From: Chiloscyllium plagiosum | Lineage: Eukaryota | DNA: 63,878 bases | Direction: 5' to 3' | Assembly: GCF_004010195.1 (NCBI RefSeq) | Contig: NC_057754.1 | Location: 3,469,634 to 3,533,511 of the forward strand | In this document: positions 27,301 to 40,569 of the stretch, piece after piece | Position numbering within the stretch: position 1 is the stretch's first letter | How the letters are laid out: every line of letters begins with the position of its first letter | Program-made: the position numbers and the translations under genes | Notes under the pieces: generated by a model | The model's input: only the letters and a program-made list of their open reading frames with translations | The model's database searches: none | Told to the model about the DNA's origin: nothing

Positions 27301-29721
27301 GTGGAATGTCTGGTTCCAACTATTTCCATTCCTGTTTCCCAGCACCCATGGGAAATACTTGTGTCCAGCAGTTGTACGAAGGTCATTGGTGTCGGATGAA
27401 CCCAGAAGCCTTGATGTTCACAGCCACAATTTCTGATCTCGCCAGTCACTTGCAAGTTGGTATCAACTAAGTGGCCATGAAGCTGTTTAACTGTGAAAGC
27501 CCCACTGATGCACTGTTTTCTCTCTGGGAAAGAAAAGCCCCTGTCCCTACCCTGCGATCATCTGTTAAGGTGAATGCGCAGACCACATTGTTCAGGGTTG
27601 GCAGGTTTCAGGTCTCTAATTCCTGCTCTGTTTCTCCAAGCCCTGGTTTTGTTTTGGATTGCCAGCAACTAATGCACTGTGTGCTTTTTGTCGGGTTGGT
27701 GCTAATTTAATGTGTTGCAAAGGTGGCTGCTTGTTTAGCTGCAGTAGAGCAGCAGGAAGCCTGTGTTGGGGGGGGGCTGGGGGAAGTGGATCAACTGACC
27801 TGACTGGACTGGAGGCAGCAGTCTGGTATTGATACCCAGACAGTCGTGCAGCACAGAAACACCTTTTTGGTCCAACCAGCCCATGCTGAATGTAATCCCA
27901 AACTGCCTGCCTGCTCCAGGCCCATATCCCTCCAGACCATAAAGCCCATGAGCAGAAATGAGGCCATTCAGCCCAAGTCTGCTCCACCATTCAATCATGG
28001 CTGATATACTTCTCGAGCCCCAAACCTTTCCAAATCTTGCACTTATTGAAATGTCCTTTTAAATGTTGTAATCCTAGACCCTGGAAGTTGATTCCCCACA
28101 CACCACCATCTGTTACAAAAACAATTTGGCCCTCGTTTCTTTAAGTTTCTTTCCTCGCCTTAAATATGCTCCCAGTCCTGAAGTGCCCTACCCAAGGGGA
28201 AAGAAAGCTCCCATTAACACTATCTAAACCCTTCGTGATTTTGCAAACCTCATCTCTTAACCTCCCTCCTAAGGAAAGCAAGTCCCAGCATTTCTTCACT
28301 CAAACTTTCCATACCCTGTCGGGCTTTGCAGAGGTGGCAAGGGGAGAGAATATCCAGTTCAGTATAACAGTGTGCTGTCTGAGTGCTGCATTGGTTTGTA
28401 ACCCTGTCTGCACACTGGTTTATCTGAGGTAACTCCTTTCTCCTTTCAGCCTGCTTCAAAGCATCGATTTATTGTGAACACTGAACGTTTCCTAAAGCAC
28501 GACTCATACATTGAATCCCACTGATTAAGGCAGTACTGTCAGTGACTGTGCAGGCTGACTGCGTCTCGGCTCATGTTTCAGTCTGGCTCAGCTATTCTCT
28601 CTCAACTCGTCCAGTCTTGCTCTTTTTTTTTTGAATGCTGGGTTATCTCTCCTGAAATCCTCCTGACTCTGCATCAGACTCTGTAACACTGTTAACTTTA
28701 CCACGCTGTTAAAATAAATCCCTTTAGTCAAGATTAGACACTGAGCCAGATGATGAAACCTTTGGACAGGCAGTGAAAAGGCATGGCCACAGATCAGTCT
28801 CTCTCATCTGAAAGAGGTGGGGAGATTTAGGGAGGGAATTCGTACAGGGTCTGGGAAGTAAAGGAATTCCCTGGAATCCTTCTCCCAAAGCGGAGAAGAC
28901 TGAGTTTAGCTGAGGTTGGATCCGGTGTCCCTCTGTCTCTATCGAACCTTCCTTGTCCATGGGGTGTATGTGGTTACGGAGTAAAGCTCCCTCTGCTGCC
29001 CTACCTTTGTAGTGCACCAAATTCTACTCCTCTCAATAGTCTGAGCTGTCTCCATCGTAAAGATGGAGAGCATGGAAGCAGAACCTTTGGTCCATGTGAA
29101 CCAGATATGCCTAGTTTGGCTGATATCTCTCTCAACCCTTCCTATTAATATCCAGTTGGAAAGGCATCCAGATACCCTTCAATATAATTGTACCAACCTG
29201 CTCATTCCATACACGCAGCACTCAGTATGAAAACCTTGTCCCTCAGGACCTTTTAAATCTATTGCCTCTCTCCTTAAGCCTATGCCCTCTAGTTTTGGAC
29301 TCCACCCCCCCCCCCCACCCTAGAGAAAAGACTTGACTATTTACCCTAACCCCTCCTTTTTTAAAATCTCTATAAAGGTCACCCCTCAGCCTGTGACACT
29401 CCAGGGAAAATAGCCGCAGCCTATTCAGCCTCTCCTTAGAGCTCAAACAATGCACCACTTTTGGTGTAATAAAAGTTAACAAAGCTGAGCCCGAATTAAG
29501 GTTGAAAACCCCAAAGTTGCCACCTCGGTTACCATCGAACACCTGAGCAGGATTGAATCTCCGAGCTGGCTCAGACTCTATGCCGACTCCACCTGGACCC
29601 CTTGCCTATGTTACTGGCCTACTGTTCAGTCCTGTCCAGTCCTCAGGTCACCCAGATGTGGCCACAGTTATGTAAACAGGCACCCCATCAAGCAGTGACT
29701 CTCTCCTCCTCCTCCTCCCAG

Positions 29722-29886
29722 GTTCACGCCTACATCATTTCCTCCTTAAAGAAGGAGATGCCAAGTGTGTTTGGGAAGGAGAACAAGAAGAAGGAACTCA
29801 TCAACAGCCTTGGAGAGATCTACCAAAAGATCGAACGGGAGCATCAGATCTCTCCGGGTGACTTTCCCAGCCTGAAGAAAATGCAG
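29722..29886 (+). CDS. EHD1: EHD1 coding exon 4 (165 nt; VHAYIISSLKKEMPSVFGKENKKKELI...SPGDFPSLKKMQ)
   Basis: CT-rich tract + CAG ending 29721, GTACGT donor at 29887, phase 0 on both sides and in frame with exons 3 and 5. Confidence 0.96.
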
Positions 29887-30195
29887 GTACGTGAACTTCT
29901 CTCTCAACCTCCTGCCCTGACACCACAGCCTGCTGACGTCTGCTTCATCCCTGAACCCTCCCCACCTCATCCCTGACACTCCCTGGGGCTAAGGCTTAGC
30001 TACAGTTGGCGATTTTACACTTTTTAGGTTATTGGTGACGGGAGGTGGCCAGGAATTATGGAGTTAGGTTACAGGAAGGTCATAAGCTCATTGTACAGTT
30101 CCCCTCCTTGAGAGAGGATGTGCTGGCACTGGAGGGGGTGCAGAGGAGGGTCATGAGATTATTCTGCAGGTGAGGGTTGGCTTATGACTGCGGCA

Positions 30196-30316
30196 AAAGT
30201 GATGCTGGAAATCAGTCCCGATTTAGAGTGGTGCTGGAATAGCACAGCAAGTTAGGCACCATCCGAGGAGCAGGAAAATTGCAGTTTCGGGCAAAAGCCC
30301 TTCATCAGGATTCAGG
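30196..30316 (-). mobile_element. PLE terminal repeat with hammerhead core (helix III mutated), inserted in a CR1 fragment
   Basis: Minus strand reads gaatc CTGATGA A gggcttttgccc GAAA ctgc aattttcctgctcctcggatg. Confidence 0.65.
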
Positions 30317-30869
30317 CTATTTATAGATTGAGCAGACTGGGATTATACTCAGTTCAATGTAGAAAAATGGTATGGGGGAGAAGGGGAAAGTCTTTTCAAA
30401 ACATGAAGGGAATAGCTAAGAGGCTGTTCCCACTGGCAGGTGAAACTGGAACTAGAGGGCACAGCCTCAAAATAAGGGGGAGCAGATTTTGGACTGAGCT
30501 GAGGAGGAACTTCACCCCAAGGGTTGTCAATCTGGATTTCCTTGGCCAGTGAAGTAGTTGAGGTTACCTCGTTGAGGGCAGAGATTTTTGAACAGTGAAA
30601 GAATTAAGGGTTACGGTGTCCAGGCATGGTGTAAAAAATCATGGAATCCCAGCAGTGTGGAAACAGGCTGAATGGCCTGTTGAGTCCACACCAACCCTCC
30701 GAAGAGCAGTAAGTAATGCAGTGACGTCAATCCATCAGAGTGCTCAGAAAGCCTAATCTCTCATTCTTCTTCAGGCACGAATTGGCAAGTCTGCCTGTGA
30801 GAGGTCAGGGTGCAAGAGGCAAAATTTCACTTGAAGGTAGCTCACACTGTGGGAGTTATTCTCTCAAAG

Positions 30870-31385
30870 GTTAGGCCACTGTTGGAAGATTGCATGCAGT
30901 TCTGGTCTCCTTCCTATCAGAAAGATGTTGTGAAACTTGAAAGGGTTCAGGAAAGGTTTACAAGGATGTTACCAGGATTGGAGGGTTTGAGTTACAGGGA
31001 GAGGCTGAACAGGCTAGAGCTGTTTTCCCTAGAGTGTCGGAGGCTGAGGGGTCACCTTTAGAGGTTTATAAAATTGAGGGGCATGGATAGGGTAAATAGG
31101 CAGTCTTTTCCCTGGGGTGGGGGAGTCCAGAACTAGAGGGCATAGGTTTAGGGTGAGAGGGGAAAGATATAAAAGAGACCTAAGGGGCAACTTTTTCACA
31201 GGGTGGTATGGGTATGGAATGAGCTGCCAGAGGATGTGGTGGAGGCTGGTACAATGACAATATAGAGGCATTTGGGGAGGGATATGGGCCAGGTGCTGGC
31301 AGGTGGGACTAGATTGGGTTGGGATGTCTGGTCGGCATGGACGGAGTGGACCGAAGGCTCTGTTTCCATGCTGTACATCTGTCTC
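30870..31385 (+). mobile_element. CR1/HER1 LINE 3' fragment
   Basis: VRPLLEDCMQFWSPSYQKDVVKLERVQERFTRMLPGL plus conserved 3' tail. Near-identical relative at 39250-39770. Confidence 0.85.
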
Positions 31386-31710
31386 TAAAAGGTGGAAATT
31401 GGTCTTCTCTCATTAAGCAAATGACTCAGCCTTTTCATGAAACAATTTCTGAATTTGGGGAGGGCACTAAACTGGGGGTGGCCAATGCTGAGGAGGATGA
31501 CAAAGGTGTATCTGTGGACTGTGTGCACCAAACTATTTCTTAATCAATAGAAGTATGCAGAGGTGGTATTATCCAAGCCATTAATCTAGATTATTAGGAT
31601 GATTAATTGAAACTACTTAATTAAATTGGGACAATTAATCCAGAGACCCAGTTCATGTTCTGCAGATCCAGGTTCAAATCTTGCTGACCTAATGGTGGCA
31701 ATTGAATACC

Positions 31711-32178
31711 GTAAAATTGTTGTGGTTCTGTTCGCCGAGCTGGGAATTTGTGTTGCAGACGTTTCGTCCCCTGTCTCGGTGACATCCTCAGTGCTTGGGA
31801 GCCTCCTGTGAAGCGCTTCTGTGGTCTTTCCTCCGGCATTTATAGTGGCCTGTCCCTGCCGCTTCCGGTTGTCAGTTCCAGCTGTCCGCTGTAGTGGTTG
31901 GTATTTTGGATCCAGGTCGATGTGCTTATTGATTGAATCTGTGGATGAATGCCATGCCTCTAGGAATTCCGCTGACAACCGGAAGCGGCAGAGACAAACC
32001 ACTATAAATGCCGGAGGAAAGATCACAGAAGCGCTTCACAGGAGGCTCCCAAGCACTGAGGATGTCACCTAGACAGGGGGTGAAACATCTGTAACACAAA
32101 TTCCCAGCTCGGCGAACAGAACCACAACAACGAGCACCCGAGCTACAAATCTTCTCTCACTTTGAACAGTAAAATTGT
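31711..32178. mobile_element. Penelope-like element remnant with inverted terminal repeats, in EHD1 intron 4
   Basis: ~158-bp inverted arms (31717-31875 / 31972-32130). Minus-strand peptide EFLEAWHS..SINKHIDLDPKYQPL is typical of the PLE endonuclease C-terminus. Flanking direct repeat GTAAAATTGT at 31711-31720 and 32169-32178. Confidence 0.8.
31755..31794 (-). ncRNA. Minimal hammerhead ribozyme motif, core intact (PLE terminal repeat)
   Basis: Minus strand reads GCA CUGAGGA U GUCACC-GAGACA-GGGGAC GAAA CGUC^UGC. Helix I GCA/UGC, helix II with one mismatch, loopless palindromic helix III (ACGU), GUC cleavage triplet. Confidence 0.75.
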
Positions 32179-32835
32179 GCAACGGAGTCAAGTGATCACC
32201 TTGGCTGCTGGTCAGGGCATTGAGTACAGGAGTTGCACACCTTTATCCTGAGTGAATTTTTTGAAATTGCACCTCATTAGCAAGGCCAGTCTGCCCCTCG
32301 ATTCTGGGCCAGAGTTAAAGTGGGGGACTTTGTACTGAGACCTCAGTGTTGCAGGAATGTGTAGGGGAAAGGTATTGCTACAAGCACTCCATACATGGCA
32401 GGCACCAAGAAATCCAGTCAGGAATTCACGAGAAATGTCCTTGTGCAGAGAATGGGAGAACGTGGGGCTTCCTGTCTAGTTTTCCACCTTTTTAAGATGA
32501 GATGGTGTCACTTAAAAAATCAAAAAAGCTGCTGGAGAAATTTAGCAGGTCTGCAGAGAAACTGTTCCAAATCCTGGACAAGTCCTACCAGACTTGAAAC
32601 ATGAATGGGTTTTTCTCTGTGCAGATGTGGTGGGCCTACTGAGTTTCTCCAGCTCCTTGCTTTTATTTCAAGCCTCCAGCATCTGCAGTCATCTCAAATG
32701 CAGAGATGGGCGGAGGCTCTATTAGAGCTGACTGTGTACTGGATTGGGCCGGTTTCTGTGCGTCTCCTGTGGTGAGAGGTGGCTGGTTAGGGTAGTCAGA
32801 GGATCTGCCTAACATGATCTTTTTGTCTGTCTCAG

Positions 32836-33360
32836 GAGCACTTGCAGACGATGGATTTCACCAAGTTCCAGAGCCTCAAACCCAAACTATTGGACATGGT
32901 TGATGACATGCTGGCCAATGACATTGCCCGCCTGATGACCATGGTACGTCAGGAGGAGGCACAGATGCCCAAGCAGATTGTCCATGGTGGTGCCTTTGAA
33001 GGTACAATGAATGGGCCGTTTGGTGCTGGCTACGGTGAGGGTGCAGGCGAGGGCATCGATGAGGTGGAGTGGGTGGTGGGCAGGGACAAGCCCACATACG
33101 ATGAGATCTTCTACACCCTGTCGCCGGTCAACGGCAAGGTGACGGGTGCCAGCGCCAAGAAGGAGATGGTGAAGTCCAAGCTGCCCAACACGGTGCTGGG
33201 CAAGATCTGGAAGCTGGCTGACGTGGACAAGGACGGCATGCTGGATGATGAAGAGTTTGCCCTGGCCAACCACCTCATCAAGGTCAAGCTGGAAGGCCAC
33301 GAGCTGCCCAACGAACTGCCTGAGCATTTAATCCCGCCCTCCAAGCGGAGACATGAGTGA
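32836..33360 (+). CDS. EHD1: EHD1 last coding exon (525 nt incl. TGA; EH domain, ends PPSKRRHE)
   Basis: ctcAG acceptor ending 32835. EH domain with EF-hand (KIWKLADVDKDGMLDDEEFALA). The C-terminal KRRHE matches EHD1 as I recall it rather than EHD2/3/4, and an MRCK gene lies downstream as at the human EHD1 locus. Confidence 0.95.
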   Translation, partial: EHLQTMDFTKFQSLKPKLLDMVDDMLANDIARLMTMVRQEEAQMPKQIVHGGAFEGTMNGPFGAGYGEGAGEGIDEVEWVVGRDKPTYDEIFYTLSPVNGKVTGASAKKEMVKSKLPNTVLGKIWKLADVDKDGMLDDEEFALANHLIKVKLEGHELPNELPEHLIPPSKRRHE

Positions 33361-35025
33361 CTTCCCTACCGTCCTCCTCCACCGCCCCCTCGTCCTGTCC
33401 TCCTTATCCCCCCGCGCCCCCCACCACCACCACACCCTCCTCCCTTCACCTTCCCACATCCAGTGGGACGCTAACCAAAGTGGTCAATGGCCAGTTTGAA
33501 CACCTTGATGTCTTTTTTGATTTCACATCCCACCTCTCGGGTGCTTTGATTCCTTAAAACTTGGCTAAAGGTGCACCTTGCGGCTCTACTTCCTCACAGG
33601 TTGAGCCTAGGCCTTTGTGACCTGGAGAGGCATGCTGTGGCCAAGCTCAGGTTGGCACACTAACCTCTGGGAGCCATTGAGGACATGCCCTTGTGGGCAC
33701 CTTGAGATTTAGATCCTGTCGTACCCACCCAGCAAATCACTGACTGACCCCCCCCCCCTCTGCTTTTGGATGCACAGCCACCCCTCTGTGCTGCTCAGAG
33801 CAACCCACAGCCACTCTCTCTTGATGGGCTAGCATGCTGGGGGGGCACTTGGCTCATCACAGACCTTCACTCTGTTTTTAAACCAAAATTATTGGCAAAG
33901 GCCTCAGACACTTTGTAAAATGCAGTTGAATTGATGCTCAATCTTTTTAAAAATATGCACCTTTTCCTTGGGGCTTTTAAATTCCAGACTTTTTTTGCGG
34001 GGGGGAGTTGGGGAAAGTATTGGAACACAATTTGCTACTTCAGACCTTGTGGAGGGATGTGTGGGGCTGAGAGAAAGGTGCTCTTTCTCTCAGCCTCTGG
34101 TCTGGGTGGTATTTCTTAAGGTGGGTGCAGAGTCTGGCTTTGCACCTTGATGGATCCAGTCAGTCAGACAAAAGCGTGGAGCTCCCAAGTGTGTCTTAAC
34201 CCTCTGTAGTGTTACTGAATCGATAATGGCAGGGTGTGGGAGTCCCCTCCCCACAGGGTTGTAAACTTGTGTGGAAGTGTATGGTTTCCAACCCCCCCCC
34301 CAAATATGACACCGTCTCCAACTGGAGAGCGAGCTGCCCCAAAGCAGACCCAGTAGCGTCCTCTGCTCCTTTTGGACCCTGGTTGATTTGTGGTGGGGCA
34401 AGACTCTGTAGCCATAGAGGTCCCGCTAATGAAAGCATTTGAGCTGATTTCTCTCTCTGCGCTGTACCAGAGTTTTCTGCACATGCCCTGGTTTGGGGGG
34501 GGGTAGGGGAGCCAGTGGCTGTGGAGGGGGTGGGGTGAATGAGGTGTGCAGGGAGAGATGGGGTGGGTGAGGGGCTAAATACTTTCCCAACGTCTTGCCT
34601 GTTCCTCCTCGCTTTGTATCTGTCTCTTGCTCTCATCTGCTGTCTGTCAGTCTGTTTCTCTGACTCCATCCTCCTTAAGTCTGTCTACCCGCCTCGCTCT
34701 GCCTTTCCGGGGCACCTCTGGAAAGAATCAAACTGTGGGGATTACGATAGCAGGCCCTCAGTGTGCAGTCTCCACAGTTCAAGCTCCCTTGCCTTACTAT
34801 CCCACCCCAAGTCCTTGTGGTTCCTGTGGCCCTTAGCGTTCAGATCATCTTGGACTGTGGGTGAGCGTAAGGGTACAATCCAGAGACTGGCTGGGAATAG
34901 CCGTACCCCGGGGACTGAGTCAACCCACCATCCCTCCCTCCAATTGTCTTGTGTTCTGTGTCATTGGCTCCCAGCAGCTCTTGTCATCTCCACTGTATAC
35001 TGTTGAATTGTTGGATCGATGTACA

Positions 35026-35031
35026 AATAAA
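35026..35031 (+). promoter_or_regulatory. Probable EHD1 polyadenylation signal (AATAAA), implying a ~1.7 kb 3'UTR
   Basis: AATAAA preceded by TGTA motifs (ctgtatac, tgtacaaataaa) and followed by a G/T-rich stretch (~35085-35115). 33361-35030 lacks obvious retroelement fragments, consistent with UTR. Confidence 0.6.
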
Positions 35032-35329
35032 GATTTCAGTTTGAAACCAATGTGCACATTGGAATCCAATTATCCTATCACTGCTTGGGTTTTTTGGGCT
35101 ATGCTGCTTTTCTGATATTGTTCAGGCCCAGAGGAGAGGCCTTTGTACAGGATTGACCCTGCTGTCTTACCCTTCACTGCACTGTGATGGACTCCTGGCT
35201 GACTGTCTCGCCCTGATCAGTTGACTGGCCAAGCTCACTGGAGTGACCGAGGGGAGGCCGTCTGGGGAGAGAAGCAGCCTAGGGCTGTAAATCAGAGCTG
35301 GAATCCTGAGAAGGCGAGCACCTCGGCGT

Positions 35330-35760
35330 CAAAACAAATTCCAGGCAAAACTTGAGGTCTGGCATCATCTGTGGAGAGGAAGCAGAGTTAACACTGACTC
35401 CAGTGACCTGTTCTGAACTGATGGTTCGGATAAGGTTGGTATATATGCTAAAGGGGTCGGGCTGACACTGGGTTGGTTGCAGTCCATGTGGTAGGTGCCA
35501 GAGTTTCGGATGAGAACATGGAGGAGGTGCTCAGACCCTAAAAACTCGAACTCCATAGAGTCCAGAAGGTGGCAGGGAACCCCAAGTGGAAAATGAGGTG
35601 TTCTTTCATCTTGTGTTGTTTTGCAGTGAGCCTGAGATAAATGCTGGCCAGGGAACACAGTGGGATGTTAAACTAGCAGGCAGCTGGAAGATCAGGTCAC
35701 TTTCTCTGTACGTAGGTGTCCTGCAAAGCTCGTGAGTGTTTTGTGTCCCTGTAAGACAGG
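35330..35760. mobile_element. Old decayed PLE fragment
   Basis: Terminal-repeat-like start (ggtctggcatcatctgtggagag..agagttaac) and minus-strand KEHLIFHLG-like coding remnant. Confidence 0.4.
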
Positions 35761-35992
35761 AAGCAGAATAACTGGCACCCTGTGATGCAAGCTGATGAGT
35801 TATTATCCCTCGTATTGAATTGACCTGATCTTCTGGCTGACTGCTGTTGCTTGAGGTCAGAAAGGGGAATGAATTTGCCAGGGATTTTGAGGGTCTGTGG
35901 AGTAGTGGAGGATGTTATACTGTGCCCTCACTGACATTGACAGTCCACAGCTCAAGTTTACAGCTGCCTCCGCAGAGCTGGGAGCTTCTGCA

Positions 35993-36105
35993 ATGTGTCT
36001 GTGTGTGTCTCTGTCTGTGTGTGTCTCTGTCTGTGTGTGTCTCTGTCTGTGTGTGTGTGTGTGTCTCTCTGTGTGTGTGTGTGTGTCTCTGTCTGTCTCT
36101 GTCTC
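35993..36105. repeat. (TG/TC)n microsatellite
   Basis: Direct reading. Confidence 0.9.
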
Positions 36106-39100
36106 CTCTAATTCACAACCACCCCACCCTCCCTCCTCCCTTAACCTGTTGTCCTAAGTAACCTGTTCAGAGGTTATGACCCATCTCTGAAGCAGGTGGG
36201 ACTTAAACACAAGCCTCTCAGTCCAGGGATAGCCATATTCTTTCTCCCCTTTGCATGGTGCTCCTGTGTACCTGTTTTTTAGGTAGTACAGTTGGTGCTT
36301 GAAGTGCATTTGAGTGTCATTTGGAGGGAGTGGATGTGGGCTGCCTTGCCCTGGATGGTGTCAAGCTTCAGTGTTAGAGCTGCCCCCATTCAGGGCAAGT
36401 GGAGCATATTCCACCAGACTCCTGGCTTGGGCCTTGGTGATGGGCAGGGCCTATGACAGGAAATGAGCCAAAACAAGAGAGTCAACAACTGCTTCTTGAA
36501 GAATATAAAAAGGAAAGAGTAGTGACCGTAAATGAGGATGAAAATGGCGTGGTAATAATGGGGAAACTGCAATGGCAGCGGCACTAAGCCAGTGTCTGTT
36601 TGCACAATGCAAGATCGTTTCTTCCCAAACACTGCCATTATGAACTTGATGAAATTACTGTAACGAGGGTGACGGTGTTCAGTAAACTGGGATTAAAGGC
36701 AGGTAAGTCTCCTGCACCGGAGGGTAATTAAAGGAGGTGGTGGTAGAGATATAGTGGATGCATTAGTTATGATATTCCAAAGTTCCCTGGATTGGGAATT
36801 AGTGAGAGTGGATTGGGCTAAGGGGGCCACCCTTAGTCAAAAAAGATGAGAAACTACAGACCAGTTTGGCCTCTGGCTCCACTTACTTGCCCACGACAAT
36901 CATGGAGATCACTAAACCCCTGGAGGCGAGGGAAAACCAGGCTCAATTCACCAGTGTCAGCACTGCTTCATGAAGGGGCAAGTTGTGCTTGACTAACTCG
37001 CTGGAGCTCTTGCAGGATGTAACCAGTTGAGTGGATAATGGGGAATCCAGTGGATGTGGTGTATCTAGACTTCCAGCAGATATTTAGTAAAGAGCTACAT
37101 CAGAGACTGATCTGGGAAGTTAGATCTCTGGGGTATAGTATTGGCTGACTGACACAAGCAGAAGGCCAGGAGCAATGGGACCTTCTCTGCATGGCAGTCA
37201 GTAACGGGGTTTGGATAGCTCATAACTCTTTTTTTTTTTCCCCATCCCGTCTCCTTTTTTGAATTAAGGTGTCACATTAGTGTGTTGCCAATCCACTGGC
37301 ACTTTTCCAAGTCCTCTTTCTCTTCTCCCCCCCCCCCCCCCCCCCACCTGAGGTAGGGGAGTCCAAAATTAGATGGCATTGGTTTAAGGTGACGGGAAAG
37401 ATTTAAAAGGGACCGGGGGTGGGTGGGGGCGGGGCGCAGCCTCTTCATGCAGAGGGTGGTGTTCGTCTGGAATGAGCTGCCAGAGGAAGTGATGGAGGCT
37501 GCTACATTTGAGGTTTAAAAGGCATCTGGGTGGGTACATGAATATGAAGGGTTTAGAGGGATATGGGCCAAGTGCTGGCAGATGGGACTATAGTAATTTA
37601 GGGTCTCTAGTTGGCTTGAACAAGTTGGGCCAAAAGGATGTTTCAAAGCTGTAATCTCTGGCAATGAGTGAAGGACTGGACTGATCTGAATAGCATTTTC
37701 AAAGAACTGGGCTCAGGCTGATGGACTGAATGGCCTTACTGTGCTCTGATTTTAAGGTTAAGTTGCAGTGGGGCAGCTGTGTGGGCAGGGCCTTTGAGCA
37801 ACCGACTGTCGTTTTTAGATGATGGCTGTTGGAGATGCAGACAAGAGATGGGCATTAAAACTGGAGCAGAGAGGAGCTTCTTCTGCAATCTGTTCTCAGC
37901 ACACCCAGGGAGCTGGGGCCATCTCGGAAGGGACTCTCTGAAGGGAATCCAGGGGGACTTGAAGAAATAAAGGTGTTGGGTGGTTGGTGGAACAACGCTG
38001 CCCTCTGGAGTGATAAGTGTGCATGACAGCCCACAAGTCATTGGTCACTGACCTGGTTTCCTCAAGCACCTGATTGGTGCTGCTTCGGCCTCCTGTGCTG
38101 CATTGCGGTGGTCCTCCCTGAAGACCATTGTTTGCAGCCTCCCTCAAGAAGAGGTGACTCTCGTCTTTACTGTTGTGCACATGGTCAAGAGTTACCTGCA
38201 GAGGCTGTGACTCTTTTCATTGATCCATATGAGGTTGAGGGGTGACCTTAGGGATATGGATCAGGTGAATGGTAGGTGTCTCTTTCCTTGGGTGTGGGAT
38301 TTTGAGACTAGGGGGTATACTTTTATAGTCCTAGAGCTGTACAGCACAGAAACAGACCCTTCAGTCCAACTCGTCCATACTGACCAGATATCCTAAATTA
38401 ATTTGGTCTCATTTATCAGCACTTGGCTCATATCCCTCAACTCTTCCTGATGCCTTTTTTAAATGTTGTAATTGTACCAGCCTCCACTTCTGGCAGCTCA
38501 TTCCATACACTCATCACTCTCTCTACATGAAAAAGTTTGCCCCTTAGATCTGTTTTATCTTTTCCCCTCTCACCCTAAACCTATGCCCTCTAGTTCTGGA
38601 CTCCATGACCCCAGGGAAAAGACCTTCTATTTACCCTATCCATGCCCCTCATGATTTTATAAACTTCTATGATACTCCATGGAAAACAGCCCCAGCCTAT
38701 TCAGTCTCTCCCTGTAGCTCAAACCCTCCAACCCTGGCAACACCTTTCCTGAACCCTTTCAAGTTTCACAACATCTTTCTGCTATCTGGGGAATCCAGAA
38801 TTAGTAGGAAGATTAAAATTTGAGAGATGGGCAACTTTTTTTTTTTAACAAGTGTGGAATGAACTGTTAGAGGAAATAGTAGATGCAGGTACAGTCACAA
38901 TGTTTAAAAGACATTGGGTAAATACATGAACAAGAAATGTTTCGGACCAAGTGCAGGCAGGAGGGACCAGTTTAGTTTGGCCTGTCACAGACTGACTGAA
39001 CCGAAGGATCAGTTTCTATGCTGAATGACGAATATGATGAGGGCAGCAGAGCCATTCTCATGCCCAGAGATCTTTGAGGATATATGCAAGGCATAGACCC

Positions 39101-39249
39101 AAATTTCTTGGTTAACTAGAAAAATTACAGCTAATATTAAACTTGGAAAGCAAGTATATAAACTGTCCAAAGATGGTTTGGAACATTTTTTAAAAATCAT
39201 GCTACTTATAAAATTTTTTTTAAAAATTGAGTGCAAGAGGAAGCTGGCC

Positions 39250-39770
39250 AGAATATCGCATGCAATTCTGGTCTCCTTCCTATCGGAAAGATGTTGTGAA
39301 ATTTGAAAGGATTCAGAAAAGATTTACAAGGATGTTGCCAGGTTTGGAGGGTTTGAGCTATAGGGAGAGGCTGAACAGGCTGGGGCTGTTATCCCTGGAG
39401 CGTCGGAGGCTGAGGGGTGACCTCATAGAGGTTAATAAAATTGAGGGGCATGAATAGGATAAATACCCAGGGTCTTTTCCCTGGGCTAGGGGGTATAGGT
39501 TTAGTGTGAGAGGGGAAAGATATAAAAGAGACCGAAGGGGCAGCATTTTCACAGCGGGTGGTACGGGTATGGAATGAGCTGCCAGAGGATGTGGTGGAGG
39601 CTGGTACAATTGCAACATTTAAGAGGCATTTGGCTGGGTATATGAATAGGAAGGGTTTGGAGGGATACGGGCCAGGTGCTGGCAGGTGGGACTAGATTGG
39701 GTTGGAATATCTGGTCGGCATAGACGGGTTGGACCGAAGGCTCTGTTTCCATGCTGTACGGCTCTGACTC
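39250..39770 (+). mobile_element. CR1/HER1 LINE 3' fragment
   Basis: QFWSPSYRKDVVKFERIQKRFTRMLPGLEGLSY plus tail. Confidence 0.85.
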
Positions 39771-40569
39771 TATTTAAGGTGACAGGGGCCAAGTTTTTTT
39801 TTAAGCATCTGTAGGAGCCTGGAATACAGTCAGTGCTGCTGGTGGAGGCAGACGCAATAGTGGCAATTGAAGGGCTTTTAGAAAAACAGGGCTGGAGGGA
39901 TATGGACCAAGGGCAGGCAGAAGGTTAGTTTAATTTGGCATCATGTTTGGCACAGTATAGAGTGTCCGTTCCTGTGCTGTACTATTGTGTTCTTAAACAG
40001 TTTAAATTTCTATAAAGCTCCAAAGAAGGAATGAATTAATAAGGGAGCATTGATTCGGTTGAAAACTTAGTCTGGTGAATTAATAATGGAAAATGAGGCG
40101 CTGACAGGAATTAAACAGCCATTTTGCATCAATCGTCACTCTGTGAAGGATGAAAAACATTATGGAGAGAGGAACAAATGGGGACAATTACAATAACTGG
40201 AGCAGTGGTACTCTACAAAATGTGGCCTGACACCTGTCTTAAATAGATGGTGAGACAGAAAATATATTTTCTAAAACCCTCTTTGATTTGAGGAACGGTC
40301 CCATTAAATTGGAAGACAATAAGTAACTCTCCTTTAGCTTTCCCCCTTCCTCTTTGAATAGATACTCTAACCCAGTTAACACCAGTTATGGGGGAAATGT
40401 TATGTTAAGGCGGTTACTGATGCATGTTGCTCGGTTCAGTGAGTGGCGAATGGTGCATATTTGGGAAAATGTGCAACACTCTTGGCTGAACAGTGGGAGA
40501 ATGCAGAACTCGGGGCTGCAGAGGAATCTAGGTGTTCGAGGGCATGAATCACAAAAGGTTGACATGCAA

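Noticed and set aside
31717..32130. DNA transposon/MITE terminal inverted repeats
   Set aside because: The arms contain hammerheads and adjoin PLE endonuclease sequence, TSD lengths vary between copies (7-15 bp), and only one arm has the 3' extension. This fits a retroelement inversion.
33931..35115. Several 60-157 aa ORFs after the EHD1 stop
   Set aside because: No recognisable motifs, and they lie in the probable 3'UTR.
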